Assembly: GCA_013115145.1 (NCBI GenBank)
Contig: JAAPAO010000006.1
Span: forward strand, 132,223 to 196,222
From: Perkinsus chesapeaki ATCC PRA-425
Taxonomy: Eukaryota > Protista > Perkinsozoa
Reading direction: 5' to 3'
Length of the DNA stretch: 64,000 bases
Position numbers and translations under genes: made by a program
Part shown: positions 60,494 through 64,000 of the stretch, piece by piece
Position numbering within the stretch: the stretch's first letter is position 1
How the letters are laid out: the number at the start of each line of letters is the position of its first letter
Notes under the pieces: model-generated
Told to the model about the DNA's origin: nothing
The model's database searches: none
The model's input: the letters and a program-made list of their open reading frames with translations, nothing else

Positions 60494-62972
60494 ATGTCTT
60501 TTCATTGGATCGTGTCGCGCGGGTCACCCTTCTTAACGGCCCGTTCCTACTCCACTCGTCTCTCAAGGAGGTATGTTTCTCCCACGAGCTTTTGGTTAGT
60601 GTTGCGAGGACAGGTTTTGCAATACCGCCGCAGCAGTGCGGGTTGATGGGAAAGATGCGCCACACTTGGCTGGTGCACAGGAGTTAACTGATCCCCCCAA
60701 GGTGAACGTGCATCCTTCAGGAGCGAACAATTGTGTGTTTCAGAGCCGCCGTATGAGTGAGCAGGAAATCATCGAGGTGTGTGATTACGGTTTCTTGCTA
60801 ACTTGGCATTTACGCTTTCTTCAGTACTCCAAGCTGAAGATACAGCAAATGCGGGAGTCCGGAAATTTAATCTACATCTCCAAAGCTTTCCCCGAGCAAC
60901 CAACAGATTCCGACTATGTGTCTTGGTAAGGTATCCCAGTTCTAAAGCTGGGCTACTGTCTCCATTCCCGAGGTTCAAAACCTTCAAGAAAATTAAACAT
61001 ACCGAGAAGAAGAACCGCTCAACTAAGCTCATCAATAGGGCTCGGATAATTTATAGATTGCTAGCGGCTAAGATCGTTGATGTTGAGGTATGTTATGCTC
61101 TCTGTACACGTGTTTCCTGGCGAAGTATCCCTCAGGCGATCTGTAAAGAGTGTTCTGAACTCGGCGAGCTCTTGAAGAACCCACCGTCTGTTGCTAGTAA
61201 TCGTGACAACGCAGCTGCCCGGTCTTGGTGAGTTGCCATCCCATGTCGGAACTGTGTAATAACTTTTGTTCAGGGCTGCTCGAATTCAGAAAATTTTGCA
61301 GGAAAGCCCTGAGCTCCTGACAGGAGCCGCCAGGCCACTCTCGCACAGAGATCATGGCTCAGGGTGCGTCTTTTCATTGTACTCATTGCACTTCTTACTA
61401 AGACGTTCTTAGGCTGATTTCGCTAGCCCAAGTACCAGCTGTGAAGAGCTTGATCGATTCTGGTGCTTTCGATAAAGTCGCCGACTTGAGTGCGAACACC
61501 GAAGACGATAGGAGAGGTAAAGTCAACATTGATATGTCCCACAGTCGACCCAGTTTCTCAGTGGCAAACTTGCTGCTCGAGCTCCGAGCTGACGAATCTC
61601 GTTACTACACCCTCAGCCGAAACGAGGTGGATTCTCTCGAGTCGTGGCTTATCAGGCATAGTGCGGAGTCGGTGCCTACGAAAAAGTGGGTTTCACTGCT
61701 CTCCGCTACTATAGATGGTCTTTCAACGTGAACCGTAGATATGCTGTAAACAGCACTCTTCGGAGTCTGATCTGCCACGGACTGAAAAAGGGTCTTCTGG
61801 ACCCTCCGAGTCCACGTATGACGAGATTAGCGTGTTATGTAATTGATGATTTGGGTAAGTCTGCTAACATGAAGAATACTTGCTCTTCTTGCGACAGACA
61901 AAAAAGAGAAGATCGCTGATCTAGTTTCACAGCTCAAGAGCGATCCCCGGCGAGTTGAGCAGCTAACGCCTGCCGAAGCTGTTATGTTAAAACATCGAAT
62001 CAAGATTAATATGTTGAGATCCACGGAAGGCGGGAAGTCCGCGAAGGAAGATAAGCTCTCGTACAGTACTTTGGGAGTACAAGTTGTACATACTTTTTAG
62101 GCGACCTCCGGTGCGAGGGTACAGTACAATGATAAAGAATGGTCTATTAGATCGGCCACGCGAGGACCTTGTGGATGACAGGACTGTTCTAGAAAGCCCC
62201 AGTAAGAATTCTTGAGCGAACTTCCTGGCGAACTTGTTTCCTCAGAGACTGCGGAAAGGGTCGATAAGATTGTGAAGGAGCTTCAAAGTAATCCCAAACG
62301 TTACAAGACTATCACAGCTGATGAGTACAAGCTCCTTGTCCATCGGATTGAAGTTAACAAAAGAAGCATCGGAGTAGTTAAGAGAATAAGAGAGTAAGAT
62401 TGACCCGTACAACTATTTATCGAGCTGGGAAATGTAGCTACTTGACGTCTGTTCGCGGCCAAGCCTCAACTGCCGACTTAACTGACAAGCAACTTCTCTC
62501 AATGAAAGCCGAGTTCGAGGCAACTGTAGGCTGAGCTGTTTTGGCTGAACTCCCACTGCCTCACCTAGGAACAATACCGTAACCGGATACAGGAGATTAA
62601 GTTACAAGCGAAGCAAGCTAGACAGAAGGCGAAGGTCGATAATCTGACTCAGAAGGCAATGAAGGTGGCTAAGAAGATGTAAGTGCCATGGGTGGCTCTC
62701 GACGACTTACTTTATATCAGGTTTTTGCGTGGCCGTCTGGACTTCGATCCGGATACCCAGTCGGAGGAGGAAGTCTTGAAGTGGTATAGGAACAGCGTTG
62801 CTGAGAAGGTATCAAAAAAGAAGTAAGATCACCTGAAGTTTGGTCTAAATTCATTTTATGCCCATCAAGGGAAGCTGCTGCTACATACAAGGCGAACAAG
62901 GAAACTCAATTTTGGGAAAAAGCCAGTGCAGAGGAGACAAGTGCAGAAGTGGCGAACCTTAATTCCGCTTAG
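60494..62972 (+). CDS. Hypothetical, probably mitochondrial protein
   Basis: Presequence-like MSFHWIVSRGSPFLTARSYSTRLSRR|FCNTAAAVRVDGK; many spliceable exons to ...VANLNSA*. Confidence 0.5.
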
Positions 62973-63744
62973 CATGACTTTTCGGCTGTTTCAGCTAACG
63001 TGTTTCTGTGCCGCTGATTCGTGTTGACTTGTAGTCTTATACCACTGGCTACCACTGTTGGCATCTTTCGTGCAAGTTAAGTATGAACTTGTATTAAAAG
63101 CGAGAATGATATGAGAACCCTCCGAGTAAAGTGTTGTGATGCACCGACGGTTTGGATTCCGCAGATGGCGACAACAATTCTTGGTTACTTGGGCGTTTTA
63201 TTTGATAAGCATGTCCTGACTCAGGACTCTTGAGGCATGTCCACCCCACGTTCGTGCTGAACCAGCGAATGGTTGCCGTCTCATAAACACAATGAGAGAC
63301 TACTTTTAGTGGTTGTGGTAAGACCTAGTTACTCGGTGACCGAATTTCGGTCGCATCTTCAACAGCGTGAATCAAACACTACTGCGCTAGCTTGAACCTC
63401 CGATCAGCTGAGAACGTACGGTTAGTCATCACTGTTTCATCACCAGATATTTTGCTTATGCGTTACCTACTCTTATACCATGAGCTTTGCTGCTTTTATT
63501 GCGTTTGGCAAGTGTTAATAGGCGATCAGATTTGAGCGAACCGCTTGGCGACTGGAGGCCGCTTGAGTCTGCGGTTTTGGATGTGTAAGACTCTAGAAAC
63601 CGGGGGACTTAGTGCTAAGTGAGACTCTCGACTTCGAGTACTCGAGCGGAAAGTGTGTGTGTACCAACGCGCACCGTGCGTTTAATGTACTAAGCGATGA
63701 GATTTGCAGAAAGTGCAGTTGTTTAAGAACGTAGATTAACGGAG

Positions 63745-63920
63745 ATTAAATGATTCGACCTTCAACTATCACTTCTCAAAATGCCCGCGAGTTTATACTC
63801 AGGCAGTACGAACTTGGTCTTTTGCTTGTGCTCTTCTCGCCATCTCAGTGTCCAGAAGGCTGGTTTAACGTTCGGGATAAAATATGCCAGGCTCCGGATA
63901 CGTACAAGGGGCCCTGCAGG
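63745..63920 (+). CDS. CPW-WPC domain protein (partial; runs past the window end)
   Basis: FSKCPRVYTQA|CPEGWFNVRDKICQAPDTYKGPC matches the CPxGW...C.AP..Y.GPC pattern. Confidence 0.75.
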
Positions 63921-64000
63921 TTATGCTTTCCCCCAGTTTCATACATTGCTGATTACCGTAAACTCTCAGGCGTAATACAAATTTTGCTGGGTTCAGTGAG

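Overview
Gene-dense eukaryotic nuclear DNA with many short GT-AG introns (mostly 35-60 nt, some 150-400 nt). The gene content and style (a CPW-WPC domain, a GAP50/TRAP-like phosphatase, codon and intron style) point to a myzozoan alveolate, most likely Perkinsus-like; this is an inference. About 33 protein genes and 2 tRNAs are supportable. Recognisable ones are Rab1, a glutaredoxin-like protein, a FAS1-domain protein, a sphingosine-kinase-like protein, DUF167, an EF-hand protein, an MFS transporter, Spt4, an ankyrin protein, COA4, a FYV7-like protein, a mitochondrial carrier, NRAMP, a divergent Skp1, a tandem purple acid phosphatase, CK1, a PPPDE/DeSI peptidase, a delta-9 desaturase, RPL19 and a CPW-WPC protein. 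Genes form long single-strand blocks: plus from 1 to 28.4 kb, minus from 28.5 to 53.1 kb. The most notable items are a two-domain fused acid phosphatase, a tRNA-Trp antisense inside an intron, a FAS1 protein with a mitochondrial-looking N-terminus, an ACGCGT-rich transposon-like relic, two strong palindromes and an orphan duplicated exon. I see no evidence of an obviously new multi-gene system. Gene spans were hand-spliced, include introns, and their ends are approximate.
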